64,000 bases of DNA from Alphaproteobacteria bacterium (lineage in GTDB: Bacteria > Pseudomonadota > Alphaproteobacteria > UBA6615), in NCBI GenBank assembly GCA_022449545.1, contig JAKUPN010000010.1, positions 3,571 to 67,570 of the forward strand. Direction: 5' to 3'. Each line of letters opens with the position of its first letter. The first letter of the stretch is position 1. Positions 33,621 to 43,404 of the stretch are shown here, one piece after another. The position numbers were made by a program, and so were the translations under genes. The notes beneath the pieces were generated by a model. The model searched no databases. It had not been told where the DNA came from and saw only the letters and a program-made list of their open reading frames with translations.

Positions 33621-34045
33621 TGTGATTGTAAAAAACAAATAATGAATTATGGAGAGCCATACCACCAGAAAGAGGCCCGACAAAGAAATCGGACCCCTTT
33701 ATTAGGCGTTAAATTTTAGCTCCGCATCCAAGCTCGAACAATAAACCTCTTATCAATCGTGAATCGCGTCGGTCAAATAAAATATTTTTTATTTACAAAA
33801 TAATTCAATTTAGTTTTTAGACTATTTAAAAATAATCTGTCTATTTTTCTTAATGTTGTTTCACTAGTAATTATGTTTTTTGTTTCTTGTTAACGAAAAT
33901 ATCGATTAGGTTTTTTGAGATCGGATAGTAATATCATCAAATCGCAAGATGTTATTTTATATTTGGTTATAATCTGTTATTACGTAATCGGTTCCTAAAG
34001 AAAATACTTTACCAGCTTAATATTAACCGCAGATTAAATTCTGAT

Positions 34046-34684
34046 TTGACTGACTATATAATTATAAATGGTTTTATTTTTGGGTTAGTGCTCGCAGCAC
34101 CGGTTGGACCTGTAGGAGTTCTGTGCGTTCAGCGAACGCTTTCAGAGGGGCGCCTTCATGGGATACTGTCTGGATTGGGAGCAGCCTTTGGTGATGCGAT
34201 TTATGGAGCGATCGCAGCGTTTGGTATTAGTGCAATAGAATTGTGGATTGTTGATCATCAAATAGCATTGAGAACGGCTGGAGGTATAATTTTACTTCTA
34301 TTGGCGGCTAAAACTTTGATTGTGACAACGCGTCGATCCTCGGAGTCTAGAGTGGGTGAGGTTCGTACTGAAAGTTTACTGCAGGATTTTATATCAACTT
34401 TTCTACTGGCAATAACTAACCCTATAACTATGTTAACTTTCGCAGGATTATTTGTCACTTTGGGAGTAACTGACGCCGGAGAGTCAATAGGGAATGCCTC
34501 ACTCTTAGTTGCAGGTGTATTTACTGGGTCTGCTATGTGGTGGTTTGCCCTTTCTTTTTCCGCAAATCTTGCTAGACCTTACCTGGATGGTGGTTACCAA
34601 AAATGGGTTTCACGTGTATCTGCAGCTATTTTGGTCGGTTTTGGAGTTTATGCGCTAGCCACTGCTCAGTTTTACCAGGTTTAA
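34046..34684 (+). CDS. LysE/RhtB-family amino-acid exporter
   Basis: About 210 aa and six hydrophobic helices, with an N-terminal 'PVGPVGVLCVQRTL' LysE-type motif. TTG start. Confidence 0.85.
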   Translation: MTDYIIINGFIFGLVLAAPVGPVGVLCVQRTLSEGRLHGILSGLGAAFGDAIYGAIAAFGISAIELWIVDHQIALRTAGGIILLLLAAKTLIVTTRRSSESRVGEVRTESLLQDFISTFLLAITNPITMLTFAGLFVTLGVTDAGESIGNASLLVAGVFTGSAMWWFALSFSANLARPYLDGGYQKWVSRVSAAILVGFGVYALATAQFYQV

Positions 34685-34757
34685 CTTCAAACTTAATAGA
34701 TTTAAAATTGGAATATTTTTCCGATTTCCAATTAAAGAACAGTTACGGATTTGTATT

Positions 34758-35540
34758 ATGTGGCCTGATATAGTTGATATTAATGACTTTTATAGTTCTA
34801 GTTTGGGCAGAATGACTTGTCAGCTGGTCAGGCGTCAGATCAGAACATATTGGGAAAACACACTAGGGATGCGGGTGCTTGGAATAGGTTTTGTAAACCC
34901 CTATTTAAGGCCTTTTCTCGATGAAGCAACTAGCGTTATTGCTGCTATGCCCTCTCGCATGGGTGCGTTTGGAGGAGGATATCAGCGCTTAGGCCCTGGT
35001 AACACCTCATGTCTTACTGATGAATGTTCTCTTCCATTTCTAGATTTGTCTTTGAATAGAGTTTTACTGGTTCATAGTTTTGAATATACAAATCAGGTTA
35101 ATCTCATGCTTAGAGAAATATGGAGGGTGATGGATGATGGAGGGCGTTTGCTAATTGTTGTTCCCAATCGTCGGAGCGCATGGTCACATACTGATTTTAC
35201 CCCATTTGGGCATGGTCGACCTTATTCTATCGATCAACTTAAAAGTACTTTGAAGCAATCTTTGTTTACCCCCGTCAGGGATACAAGGGCATTGTTTATA
35301 CCTCCAACTCGAAGACGCTATTGGCTCGCAGCGGCTCCAGCATGGGAAAGAATAGGCGCTAGGTGGCTCCAAGTGTTTGGGGGTGTAATAATAGTGGAGG
35401 CAACAAAACAGATATATGCTGGAAATACATCTAATCAACTACATCAGGCCCACAGATATGTTCCCTTAACAGGAGAGGTTACTCAGAGGGCTATAATTAG
35501 ACCACATGAAAACTCTAACCACGGCTTAGGAGATATATAG
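34758..35540 (+). CDS. class I SAM-dependent methyltransferase-like protein
   Basis: The post-motif region 'LLVHSFEYTNQVNLMLREIWRVMDDGGRLLIVVPN' resembles Methyltransf_11. Motif I is degenerate ('VLGIGFVNP'). Confidence 0.55.
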   Translation: MWPDIVDINDFYSSSLGRMTCQLVRRQIRTYWENTLGMRVLGIGFVNPYLRPFLDEATSVIAAMPSRMGAFGGGYQRLGPGNTSCLTDECSLPFLDLSLNRVLLVHSFEYTNQVNLMLREIWRVMDDGGRLLIVVPNRRSAWSHTDFTPFGHGRPYSIDQLKSTLKQSLFTPVRDTRALFIPPTRRRYWLAAAPAWERIGARWLQVFGGVIIVEATKQIYAGNTSNQLHQAHRYVPLTGEVTQRAIIRPHENSNHGLGDI

Positions 35541-36150
35541 CCTCTTCAGCAAGCCAATTTGTCCATATTCCGACACTATTTTTAGGTGTTGCACGACCCG
35601 AATGATTTATACTAATGATCTTATGTATAACAAAACCCATTTCACCTGCTAAAGCAACGAAGTCGGTTAAAGTGCAGAATCTTATGTTTGGCGAGTCGCA
35701 CCATATATATGGCAATTTTTCAGACATTGGGCTTCTGCCTTGAATTAATAAGTCAAAACGCACTCGCCAGTAACCTAGATTTGGAAAGCTTACAATAGCA
35801 TGCTGACCAATCCTTAGCAGCTCATTCAAAGTTCCTCGAACGTCATATATAGACTGCAAGGTTTGAGAAAGTATGACATAATCAAATGCATCAGAAGGAT
35901 AATTTTTTAAGTCATCTTCTGCGTCTCCCTGCACAACTGCTAGTCCAAGACTGACAGATTTGTTTACTCCTTTTTGACTTAACTCTATACCGCGTCCGTC
36001 AACTTGTTTAAAATTGACGAGGTAGTTAAGCAGGTCTCCATCACCGCAGCCTATGTCGAGAACTCTACTGCCCGGCTTAATCATATCAGCAACTAACTGG
36101 AGATCTACACGATCAATTATTTTTTCAGCTGGCACGTTATTAGAAACCAT
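35515..36150 (-). CDS. metW: methionine biosynthesis protein MetW
   Basis: 'VLDIGCGDGDLL' SAM motif, about 200 aa, immediately downstream of metX. Confidence 0.9.
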   Translation of the reverse strand: MVSNNVPAEKIIDRVDLQLVADMIKPGSRVLDIGCGDGDLLNYLVNFKQVDGRGIELSQKGVNKSVSLGLAVVQGDAEDDLKNYPSDAFDYVILSQTLQSIYDVRGTLNELLRIGQHAIVSFPNLGYWRVRFDLLIQGRSPMSEKLPYIWCDSPNIRFCTLTDFVALAGEMGFVIHKIISINHSGRATPKNSVGIWTNWLAEEAIYLLSRG

Positions 36151-36167
36151 CGTTTTTTTTCGCCATT

Positions 36168-37355
36168 TTATATATTCGATTGATCAGCAGCTGCAGAGAT
36201 AAAACCTGATAAAATACTAAAAAATTCTGGTTCTTTCAGTAAAAAAGCGTCATGTCCTGAGTCAGTGTTGATTTCTACAAAACTTACAGATGCTGCGACA
36301 GCATTTAATGCGTGGACAATCTGCCTAGATTCAGAAGTAGGAAATAGCCAGTCAGAAGTAAAGCTAATTAGACAAAACTTAACATCCGTATTCAAAAATG
36401 CATTTGCTAGAACATTATCATGTTCTGCTGCTAAATCGAAATAATCCATGGCTCTAGTTATGTATAGGTAAGAATTTGCGTCGAACCTCTCTACAAATGA
36501 ATTACCTTGATGGCGCAGATAGCTTTCTATTTGAAAATCTGCTTCAAAACCATAACTTACATTAGCTCTATCTTGAAGTTCTCTTCCAAATTTTCGATGT
36601 AAAGCTGAGTCTGACATATACGTTATGTGGGCGGCCATACGCGCTACTGAGAGGCCCCGATTTGGAAGTTCTTGGCTTTCATAATAGCTACCGTTTCTCC
36701 AGTCGGGATCGGACATAATTGCTTGTCTTCCTACTTCATGAAATGCAATATTTTGTGCAGAATGACGTGCGGCACCAGCAATAGGTATTGCACATAATAC
36801 ACAGTCTGGATATTTTGAAGCCCACTCTAATACTTGCATCGCTCCCATTGATCCGCCCGTTACGCAAAATAATTTTTCAATTCCGAGATAATCAATAACT
36901 AGCTTTTGGGCGGCGACAATGTCTGTAATGGTAATTAAAGGGAAGGACAGCCCAAATGGCCTACCAGTCTTGGGATTTATATCCCTTGGGCCAGCGGTAC
37001 CCATGCAACCGCCTAGTACGTTTATACAAATAACATAATAGCGATCAGTATCGATAGGTAACCCTGAGCCAACAACCATGTTCCACCAGCCAGCGTTTCC
37101 TGTTATAGGATGCTCTTCAGCTGCAAATTGATCTCCAGTGAGTGCATGACACACTAAAATTGCATTTGACCGATCAGCATTTAATTTACCATAAGTCTGG
37201 TAGGAAACAGTGAAAGGGCCCAGTTTCTGTCCTGAAACAAGAGAAAGTGGAACTTGTTCCCCTAGCACAATATTGTGCCCAGGCATACCGATTACTGCAG
37301 GTTCAACAGGAATAGAACCTTCATGAGCGTTATTAGAATTTGAAACGGTGGTCAT
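36168..37355 (-). CDS. metX: homoserine O-acetyltransferase
   Basis: Alpha/beta hydrolase '[12 protein letters not shown]' nucleophile elbow, '[12 protein letters not shown]', C-terminal 'GHDAFL'. Confidence 0.95.
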   Translation of the reverse strand: MTTVSNSNNAHEGSIPVEPAVIGMPGHNIVLGEQVPLSLVSGQKLGPFTVSYQTYGKLNADRSNAILVCHALTGDQFAAEEHPITGNAGWWNMVVGSGLPIDTDRYYVICINVLGGCMGTAGPRDINPKTGRPFGLSFPLITITDIVAAQKLVIDYLGIEKLFCVTGGSMGAMQVLEWASKYPDCVLCAIPIAGAARHSAQNIAFHEVGRQAIMSDPDWRNGSYYESQELPNRGLSVARMAAHITYMSDSALHRKFGRELQDRANVSYGFEADFQIESYLRHQGNSFVERFDANSYLYITRAMDYFDLAAEHDNVLANAFLNTDVKFCLISFTSDWLFPTSESRQIVHALNAVAASVSFVEINTDSGHDAFLLKEPEFFSILSGFISAAADQSNI

Positions 37356-37517
37356 TGTTTATTACTTTTAAATAGTTCTTAAGTTTTGGCCAATACAATA
37401 GTTAAATACTGCTCTATGTTGGCTGATGCTAAGGTGTCAACGTTTTCTTTGTGAAAAAATTTATATAATTTATATAGAAATACAAAAAATGATTACTTTC
37501 CAAGGAAAAATTTTATT

Positions 37518-38372
37518 ATGAACGAGGAACAAAACGGAATCGACAAGTTTCGCGGTGAGATTGACGACATCGATGACGCCCTTCTAGATTTATTACAGCG
37601 CAGAGCTGAATTAGTCGAAAATATAGGTTCTCTTAAAGCGCGAAAAAATCACAGTGTTTTTAGACCAGCACGGGAAGCTATACTTTTACGTACCCTCTTG
37701 AATAAAAGCAACGGCAAACTATCAGCTCAGGCAATAGTCAGAATATGGCGAGAGATTATTGGAGCTTCAATTGCCATGCAGGGAGATCTGACAATAGCTT
37801 GCTGTCCATTTGGAAATAATATTATAAAAGAGATTCTTGTTCAGGAACGTTTTGGTCTTTCTGCTAACTTGTTGTCCCTAACTGATCCTTCAGAAGTAGT
37901 GCATAGCGTTGCTCTCCGTAAAGCTAAACTTGGATTAGTTCCTTTGCCAAGTAATAATTTAACTTCACCTTGGTGGATGATATTAAATAATATTAATTAT
38001 GATGATGTTTTACGGGTGATTGCTAGTGTGCCATTTTTATTATCTGGTAAAGATAGTAAATTAGATGCTTTTATCATATCTCTTGGTGAAGCAGAGTTAA
38101 GTGGTGATGATGTAACTCTTTTGGCTTTGGAATTTAATTCTGATGTTATAATTGATCGCGTTCATCACGATCTTTTGTCTACAGGTTTGGAATGTGTTTG
38201 CATCGATTCTTATAAAAATTTAGATCAATCAGGGTCGCAATCTTATTTGTTTAAGTTCAGCGGATTCATAGAGAAAAATGATGATAGATTACATAAGTCT
38301 CTTTCAGAATTTCCGCTAGTAAATATTTGGCAGGTTGGAATATATGCTACTCCATATATTCTGAAACAATAA
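37518..38372 (+). CDS. chorismate mutase (CM type 2 domain) with long uncharacterised C-terminal extension
   Basis: The N-terminal ~90 aa, 'FRGEIDDIDDALLDLLQRRAELVENIGSLKA...RPAREAILL', is AroQ-like. The remaining ~190 aa have no motif I can place. Located upstream of hisC-tyrC. Confidence 0.7.
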   Translation: MNEEQNGIDKFRGEIDDIDDALLDLLQRRAELVENIGSLKARKNHSVFRPAREAILLRTLLNKSNGKLSAQAIVRIWREIIGASIAMQGDLTIACCPFGNNIIKEILVQERFGLSANLLSLTDPSEVVHSVALRKAKLGLVPLPSNNLTSPWWMILNNINYDDVLRVIASVPFLLSGKDSKLDAFIISLGEAELSGDDVTLLALEFNSDVIIDRVHHDLLSTGLECVCIDSYKNLDQSGSQSYLFKFSGFIEKNDDRLHKSLSEFPLVNIWQVGIYATPYILKQ

Positions 38373-38398
38373 ATTACACACAAGGGAGTGTTTAAAGA

Positions 38399-39508
38399 GT
38401 GGTTCGTCCACAGGCTAAAGAAGGTATATTGAGGGTAAAACCTTATGTGGGTAGTGAAGCTAATAAAGGTAAAACACTATCTGAAGGTAGAAAACTCATA
38501 AACATTAGTTCGAATGAAAGTGCATTTGATGCTAGTCCGGCAGCAAAAGAAGCTTTTATGAGATCTGTTGGTGACTTAATTCGCTATCCTGAGATAGACG
38601 CTATGTCACTTCGGATGGCTTTGGCCAATCACCATGGAATTAATCTAGAAAATGTAATTTGTGGGGCTGGTTCAGACCAAATAATCGATCTTTTGGCTTT
38701 AGCATATGCTGGTAAAGGCGATGAAGTTATCTATAGCGCTCATGGTTTCCAAATGTATCCTATAGCTGCGCATGCCGTTGGAGCTACACCAGTAGCTGCG
38801 CCGGAATCGGATTTAACCGCTGATGTAGATGCTCTTTTAGAAAAAGTTACTGATAGAACTAAGATTTTATTTCTTGCGAACCCTAACAACCCTACTGGAT
38901 CTTATGTTTCACAAAATGAAATTAAGAGACTTCATGCTGGTTTACCTGGAAATGTAATATTAGTAATTGATGCGGCTTATGCTGAATACGTAACGACTGA
39001 AGATTATGATTCCGGAATAGAGCTCGTTCGAAATGAAAAGAACGTGGTGATGACACGGACATTTTCCAAAATATATGGCCTAGCTAGCTTACGAGTCGGC
39101 TGGGCTTATGGCCCGAAAGAAGTTATTGAAACGCTTGATAGAATTCGTCCTCCTTTTAATGTCAACTCAGTAGGTATCTCAGGTGCGATTGCAGCTCTAT
39201 CTGATAAGGAGCACACTAAAAAATCACAATTACATAATAGTGAAATTTTACAATGGTTTACCGAGGAGGTTAAGAGCATGGGGTTAAAGTTACATCCCTC
39301 GTTCGCAAATTTTCTGATTGTGTATTTTGATCCAAATTCATCTAAGAATGCAGAAGCGGCATACCAATTTCTTTTTGAGCGAGGAATCATAACCCGTCGT
39401 GTGGGGGGGTATGGTTTGCCTGACTGGGTACGTATGTCGATGGGCACTCAAGAAGAAATGGAATTTGTATCTGCCACATTGAAAGAGTTTGTCGAAAAAA
39501 ATGATTGA
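38399..39508 (+). CDS. hisC: histidinol-phosphate / aromatic aminotransferase (class II PLP)
   Basis: 'ANPNNPTG' and 'RTFSKIYGLASLRVGW' (PLP lysine). GTG start. Confidence 0.85.
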   Translation: MVRPQAKEGILRVKPYVGSEANKGKTLSEGRKLINISSNESAFDASPAAKEAFMRSVGDLIRYPEIDAMSLRMALANHHGINLENVICGAGSDQIIDLLALAYAGKGDEVIYSAHGFQMYPIAAHAVGATPVAAPESDLTADVDALLEKVTDRTKILFLANPNNPTGSYVSQNEIKRLHAGLPGNVILVIDAAYAEYVTTEDYDSGIELVRNEKNVVMTRTFSKIYGLASLRVGWAYGPKEVIETLDRIRPPFNVNSVGISGAIAALSDKEHTKKSQLHNSEILQWFTEEVKSMGLKLHPSFANFLIVYFDPNSSKNAEAAYQFLFERGIITRRVGGYGLPDWVRMSMGTQEEMEFVSATLKEFVEKND

Positions 39509-40463
39509 TTCTCACTTATTTAGTCACATTACGATCATAGGTTTAGGCCTTATAGGATCTTCATTAGCACGAGCCATTAAATCAAAAAATATGGCTGGTC
39601 GCATCTCAGTTTATGATAATGACGAAGAGGTTCGGGCAATCTGTAGAGATCTAAAAATTGCAGATATTGTCCATGATTCTATTTCTGAAGCAGTGTCTGG
39701 AGCAGATTTAGTGATACTGGCAGTCCCAATTCGAGCCTATTCCTCAGTAGCTAAGAAAATATCCAAACATCTTTCCTCTGATGTGATAATCACCGATGTT
39801 GGTTCAGTTAAAAAAGAAGTTATAGTTTCTCTCAGAGCTGAGTTGCCTGCTACGATAAACTTGGTTCCAGGCCATCCAGTAGCTGGGACAGAACATTCTG
39901 GTCCTGAAGCGGGGTTCTCAGAATTGTTTATTGATCGTTGGGTGATTTTAACTCCTGAGAATAATACAAATACTAATGCTATAAACTTGGTAAAAAAAAT
40001 GTGGAACAAGCTGGGTAGTAATGTTGAAATTATGGACGCATCTCATCATGATAGAGTTCTAGCTATTACTAGCCATTTACCTCATCTCATAGCCTACACG
40101 ATTGTGGCTACTGCGGCTGATATGGAGGGTCAATTACAGGCAGAGAATAAAAATACAGACGTGGTTACGACCGCAGATGTTGTAAAATATTCAGCTGGAG
40201 GTTTCAGAGATTTTACTAGAATAGCCGGATCAAATCCTCTGATGTGGAGAGATGTTTTTTTGAGTAATAAAGATGCGGTCTTAGAAATGCTAGGACGCTT
40301 TAACGAAGACCTTACAGCTCTACAAAAAGCAATTCGATGGAGTGACGGTGAACAATTAGAAAAATGGTTTACTCGTACTAGAGATATACGCCGAGGAGTA
40401 ATAGAAGCTGGTCAAGCAGGGCGGTTTGAATATACAGAGAGCAAAAAGAAAGATAATGACTAA
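39489..40463 (+). CDS. tyrC: prephenate/arogenate (cyclohexadienyl) dehydrogenase
   Basis: Rossmann 'ITIIGLGLIGSSLA', 'GHPVAGTEHSGP', 'HDRVLAITSHLPH'. The probable start is the ATG at 39501. Confidence 0.85.
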   Translation: MSKKMIDSHLFSHITIIGLGLIGSSLARAIKSKNMAGRISVYDNDEEVRAICRDLKIADIVHDSISEAVSGADLVILAVPIRAYSSVAKKISKHLSSDVIITDVGSVKKEVIVSLRAELPATINLVPGHPVAGTEHSGPEAGFSELFIDRWVILTPENNTNTNAINLVKKMWNKLGSNVEIMDASHHDRVLAITSHLPHLIAYTIVATAADMEGQLQAENKNTDVVTTADVVKYSAGGFRDFTRIAGSNPLMWRDVFLSNKDAVLEMLGRFNEDLTALQKAIRWSDGEQLEKWFTRTRDIRRGVIEAGQAGRFEYTESKKKDND

Positions 40464-41614
40464 TTCCATTTAATTTCCGGTACTTTTGTAAGAGTAACAG
40501 GCCCTATTTTTAGATATCTGTTCTGCAGAGTCATTGGCACTTTACTGAAATCAGATATTCCGTTTTCCTGATGCTGAATAAATATAGCTAGTGCAAGTTT
40601 AATAAGAGAGGCTTTTGTTTGATTTAAGACTTGATCCTTTTCTAATAAGGTAACTACTTTATCAAGGCCTACAATTTTTGTAGTAAAGGAGCCTTGAAAC
40701 TGCAGTTCTTTATCGAGTGCTAAAGTTCCATTAGTTTCCGTAACTAAAGAACCCCAAATCATCTTTATCTGGTCCAATTCGATTGTGCCTCCTTTATCTC
40801 GCCACGATATTAGTTGATCAACTGAAAAGGAGCTTAAGTCCAGCTCTCCTTTCAAGTGAAATTTTCCCGATATACTCTCTACCTTTGCACCTAATTGCTT
40901 TAATGTCTCATCTAGTTTTGGGAAGCTAGGTATATTTATTCCTTTAATTTCTATTTTTGAGGAAAGTGACTTGCCAATTGGATGAATTGCTTCCTTATTT
41001 TCTGAAATTACAGAATGATCAGTAAGCTCAATCATAAGATCATCAATTCCAATAGCATCTTCCCAATTATTTGGGGTGATGACTAAGTTTGACATTTTCG
41101 AAGAAAATCTTCTTTTAATTTGTTTGTTGGAAAAGTTTATCGAGCGACCTAGAACCTCTTCCGCTTCTATTGTTGTATAGAAGGTGTTTTCTGGGAGATT
41201 CATATTTATTCTGTGGGAACCAGGGGCTGAAATAACTAAATTGTTAGGAGAGAATAGAGATGAACTGATAATTATGTTCGAAGGTTTCCAATAAGTTTTT
41301 CTATTATATCTAACAAATATTACTTCAGGTTTTTCTATGAGCATTCTGATTTTGAAAGGATATCCTGTAAAATGGAAATCTTGCCAGCTAATTTGGATGT
41401 TCCCATTACTTTGAGATGCAGCCCAATCAGTTATTCTAGTTTGTGCTTGATAGGTTAAAAAGAACCAAAATGCTGAAAAGGTTATTATAGTTAAAAATAT
41501 AAAACCTATCAGTATTTTAAAAATTTTGGACCGCATTAAGTTTATCCTGGATGATAATAAATTATATTTTGCAAAAAAAATAATCAGATCGACTTCTACC
41601 TTTTGATAACTCAA
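40460..41614 (-). CDS. membrane-anchored hypothetical protein (possibly DUF2125-like)
   Basis: Single N-terminal TM helix ('ILIGFIFLTIITFSAFWFFL') followed by a large soluble domain with no catalytic motifs recognised. The family guess is tentative. Confidence 0.4.
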   Translation of the reverse strand: MSYQKVEVDLIIFFAKYNLLSSRINLMRSKIFKILIGFIFLTIITFSAFWFFLTYQAQTRITDWAASQSNGNIQISWQDFHFTGYPFKIRMLIEKPEVIFVRYNRKTYWKPSNIIISSSLFSPNNLVISAPGSHRINMNLPENTFYTTIEAEEVLGRSINFSNKQIKRRFSSKMSNLVITPNNWEDAIGIDDLMIELTDHSVISENKEAIHPIGKSLSSKIEIKGINIPSFPKLDETLKQLGAKVESISGKFHLKGELDLSSFSVDQLISWRDKGGTIELDQIKMIWGSLVTETNGTLALDKELQFQGSFTTKIVGLDKVVTLLEKDQVLNQTKASLIKLALAIFIQHQENGISDFSKVPMTLQNRYLKIGPVTLTKVPEIKWN

Positions 41615-41631
41615 TAAACTATAAAGTTTTA

Positions 41632-42264
41632 ATGTCTAATTCTATGTCGAAAATCTCAAAAAGTTTATCAGATGTCATAGATCAATATGCACTTAAGGAG
41701 GGAGAACATAAAATAGTACTCAACTCAATAATTGAGTCTAAAAAAAGTAAGGGTGATTTATGGGTTTTTGGTTACGGTTCTTTAATGTGGAGACCTGGTT
41801 TTCCTTATAAGGAAAAGCATTTTGGAATTGTTCACGGTTATCACAGGTCTTTTTGTGTTTTTTCGCATTTTCATAGAGGATCCAGAGAACTCCCTGGATT
41901 AGTTTTGGGACTGGATCTTGGAGGAAGCTGTAAGGGTATGCTGTACAGGGTGAGTGCAGTTGATGCAGAGAAGGTTGTTGAATATCTAATTAAAAGGGAG
42001 ATGGTAACCAACGCCTACGCACCTTCTTGGGTAAAAGTTAGAGCAGGTGGTTTAGTTACTTTAGCCCATACTTATATTGTCATGCAGAAGCATACTCAGT
42101 ATGCAGGAAAATTAACTTTAGAAAAAGCTGCCAAGTATATAAGGGGCAATCATGGCCAAAGTGGTAGCAACGCAGATTATCTTCGTAAAACAATAAACCA
42201 TTTAGAAAAGATGCGATTAAACACCGACTTTCTTAAGTCTTTACAAAACTTGGTAGAAAATTAG
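41632..42264 (+). CDS. chaC: gamma-glutamylcyclotransferase, ChaC family
   Basis: 'WVFGYGSLMWRPGFPY' signature and the catalytic Glu context 'REMVTNAY'. Confidence 0.85.
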   Translation: MSNSMSKISKSLSDVIDQYALKEGEHKIVLNSIIESKKSKGDLWVFGYGSLMWRPGFPYKEKHFGIVHGYHRSFCVFSHFHRGSRELPGLVLGLDLGGSCKGMLYRVSAVDAEKVVEYLIKREMVTNAYAPSWVKVRAGGLVTLAHTYIVMQKHTQYAGKLTLEKAAKYIRGNHGQSGSNADYLRKTINHLEKMRLNTDFLKSLQNLVEN

Positions 42265-42330
42265 ATAACTTTTTTTGAAAACTTCAATTGATCGTTCTAG
42301 CTTGAGCGGTATAGGCATAAAATTTTTAAC

Positions 42331-42339
42331 TTATCCACA
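42331..42339 (+). promoter_or_regulatory. perfect DnaA box TTATCCACA
   Basis: Exact 9-mer in an ORF-free, AT-rich convergent intergenic region. Confidence 0.4.
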
Positions 42340-42443
42340 GGCAGTAAAGCTTACTTTTAGGTTGGGTTGTCAATATTTTGAAACATTTGTCTACAGTAAT
42401 TGCAACTAAAACAAAGCGTCATATAAATGAAATAATATTTGTT

Positions 42444-42478
42444 AAAAGGCCTCTTACATTAGCAATAAATGGCCTTTT
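42444..42478. terminator. possible bidirectional terminator hairpin between convergent chaC and plsC
   Basis: 'aaaaggcc' (42444-42451) pairs with 'ggcctttt' (42471-42478): 8 bp with a 19-nt loop. A/T runs lie on both sides. The loop is long for an intrinsic terminator. Confidence 0.3.
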
Positions 42479-42627
42479 GACTATTTCTGGGGTTTTTTAC
42501 TTATTTATTTTTATGTAAAAAATTTTATAGGATTTATTACTATTAAGTTTTAAGTAAAAAAATTAAATACTTTGTTTTTTTTATATCGCTTAGTGAGCAG
42601 GGGATCCTAATAAACAATTCCACAGAG

Positions 42628-42636
42628 TTATCCACA
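42628..42636 (+). promoter_or_regulatory. perfect DnaA box TTATCCACA (with adjacent degenerate 'aattccaca' at 42616-42624)
   Basis: Exact 9-mer, in the same orientation as the box at 42331, located 17 nt from the plsC stop. Confidence 0.4.
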
Positions 42637-42652
42637 AGTAACTATACTGTTT

Positions 42653-43396
42653 CTAGGCGTTTTTTGAAAAAAATTCATCCATAGCATTTTTATGAAGCAG
42701 GTATGATGCATGCTCAACTGAGTTTTCTAAATCCTCAATAAATTTTTTCCGATCAAGGCCAGGAGAAATTGCAGGCAAGAATTGGAAAGTGATAATTCCT
42801 CTGTTCTTAACTAACGGGTTTCGAGTCCAAAACAAGCCGGAGTTGAGAGCTATAGGGACAACAGAAAGTCCTTCTTTCTCATAAAGAGCTATGATGCCGG
42901 GATGGTAAACACCTTTTTCTCCGGGTCGCGTCCGAGTGCCTTCAGGAAAAATTACTATAGATCTGGCTGACTTTATACTGATACTAGACTGCAGAAGCAT
43001 TGATTTAAGTGTTTTACTGCCCCCTCTCCTATCTATTGCTATATGACCAGATCGTTTTAGATACCAACCGAATAAGGGAATCTTTAAAAGTTCTTTTTTT
43101 AAAATAATTGCTGGGCTTTTTATTAGTAAATTTACCGCTAGGGTATCCCATTCTGACTGATGCTTTACAGCAAAAATAACAGGACCGTTTGGAACTAAAT
43201 GTGATCCAACTACTTTATGTTTGATGCCTACTATTACTCTTAGAAGAAAAAAAACACCGTGAATCCAGACACGGCCTAAGGTCAATACTATTGAGTAGTG
43301 GAAAGTTAAAAAAGGAATACAGATTAATCCAAGAAACACCGTCCAAAAATAAAAAAGAAGAAGGAATATAATTGAGAGCAATTTTTGCATTATCAA
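42653..43396 (-). CDS. plsC: 1-acyl-sn-glycerol-3-phosphate acyltransferase
   Basis: Acyltransferase H(X)4D motif 'KHQSEWD' and 'IFPEGTR'. N-terminal TM helix. Confidence 0.85.
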   Translation of the reverse strand: MIMQKLLSIIFLLLFYFWTVFLGLICIPFLTFHYSIVLTLGRVWIHGVFFLLRVIVGIKHKVVGSHLVPNGPVIFAVKHQSEWDTLAVNLLIKSPAIILKKELLKIPLFGWYLKRSGHIAIDRRGGSKTLKSMLLQSSISIKSARSIVIFPEGTRTRPGEKGVYHPGIIALYEKEGLSVVPIALNSGLFWTRNPLVKNRGIITFQFLPAISPGLDRKKFIEDLENSVEHASYLLHKNAMDEFFSKNA

Positions 43397-43404
43397 TTTT
43401 AAAA

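Noticed and set aside
32284-34045. Replication origin at the sdhC/LysE divergent spacer, suggested by a gene-strand switch, DnaA-like boxes and the AT-rich tract at 33621-34045
   Set aside because: Genes to the left (6.6-32.3 kb) are mostly on the - strand. But genes to the right are about evenly split between strands, and the first 6.5 kb of the window is all +. Only relaxed-consensus boxes occur, and a 1-kb GC-rich block is atypical for oriC. It is kept only as a regulatory-site observation.
37356-37517. SAM-II / SAM-V riboswitch upstream of metX
   Set aside because: I read the - strand leader and found a possible TTGACA -35 (plus strand 37435-37440). I found no pseudoknot core or conserved 'AAAGCU'-type element that I associate with SAM-II/V, and the leader is AT-rich and short. 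A cmscan would settle it.
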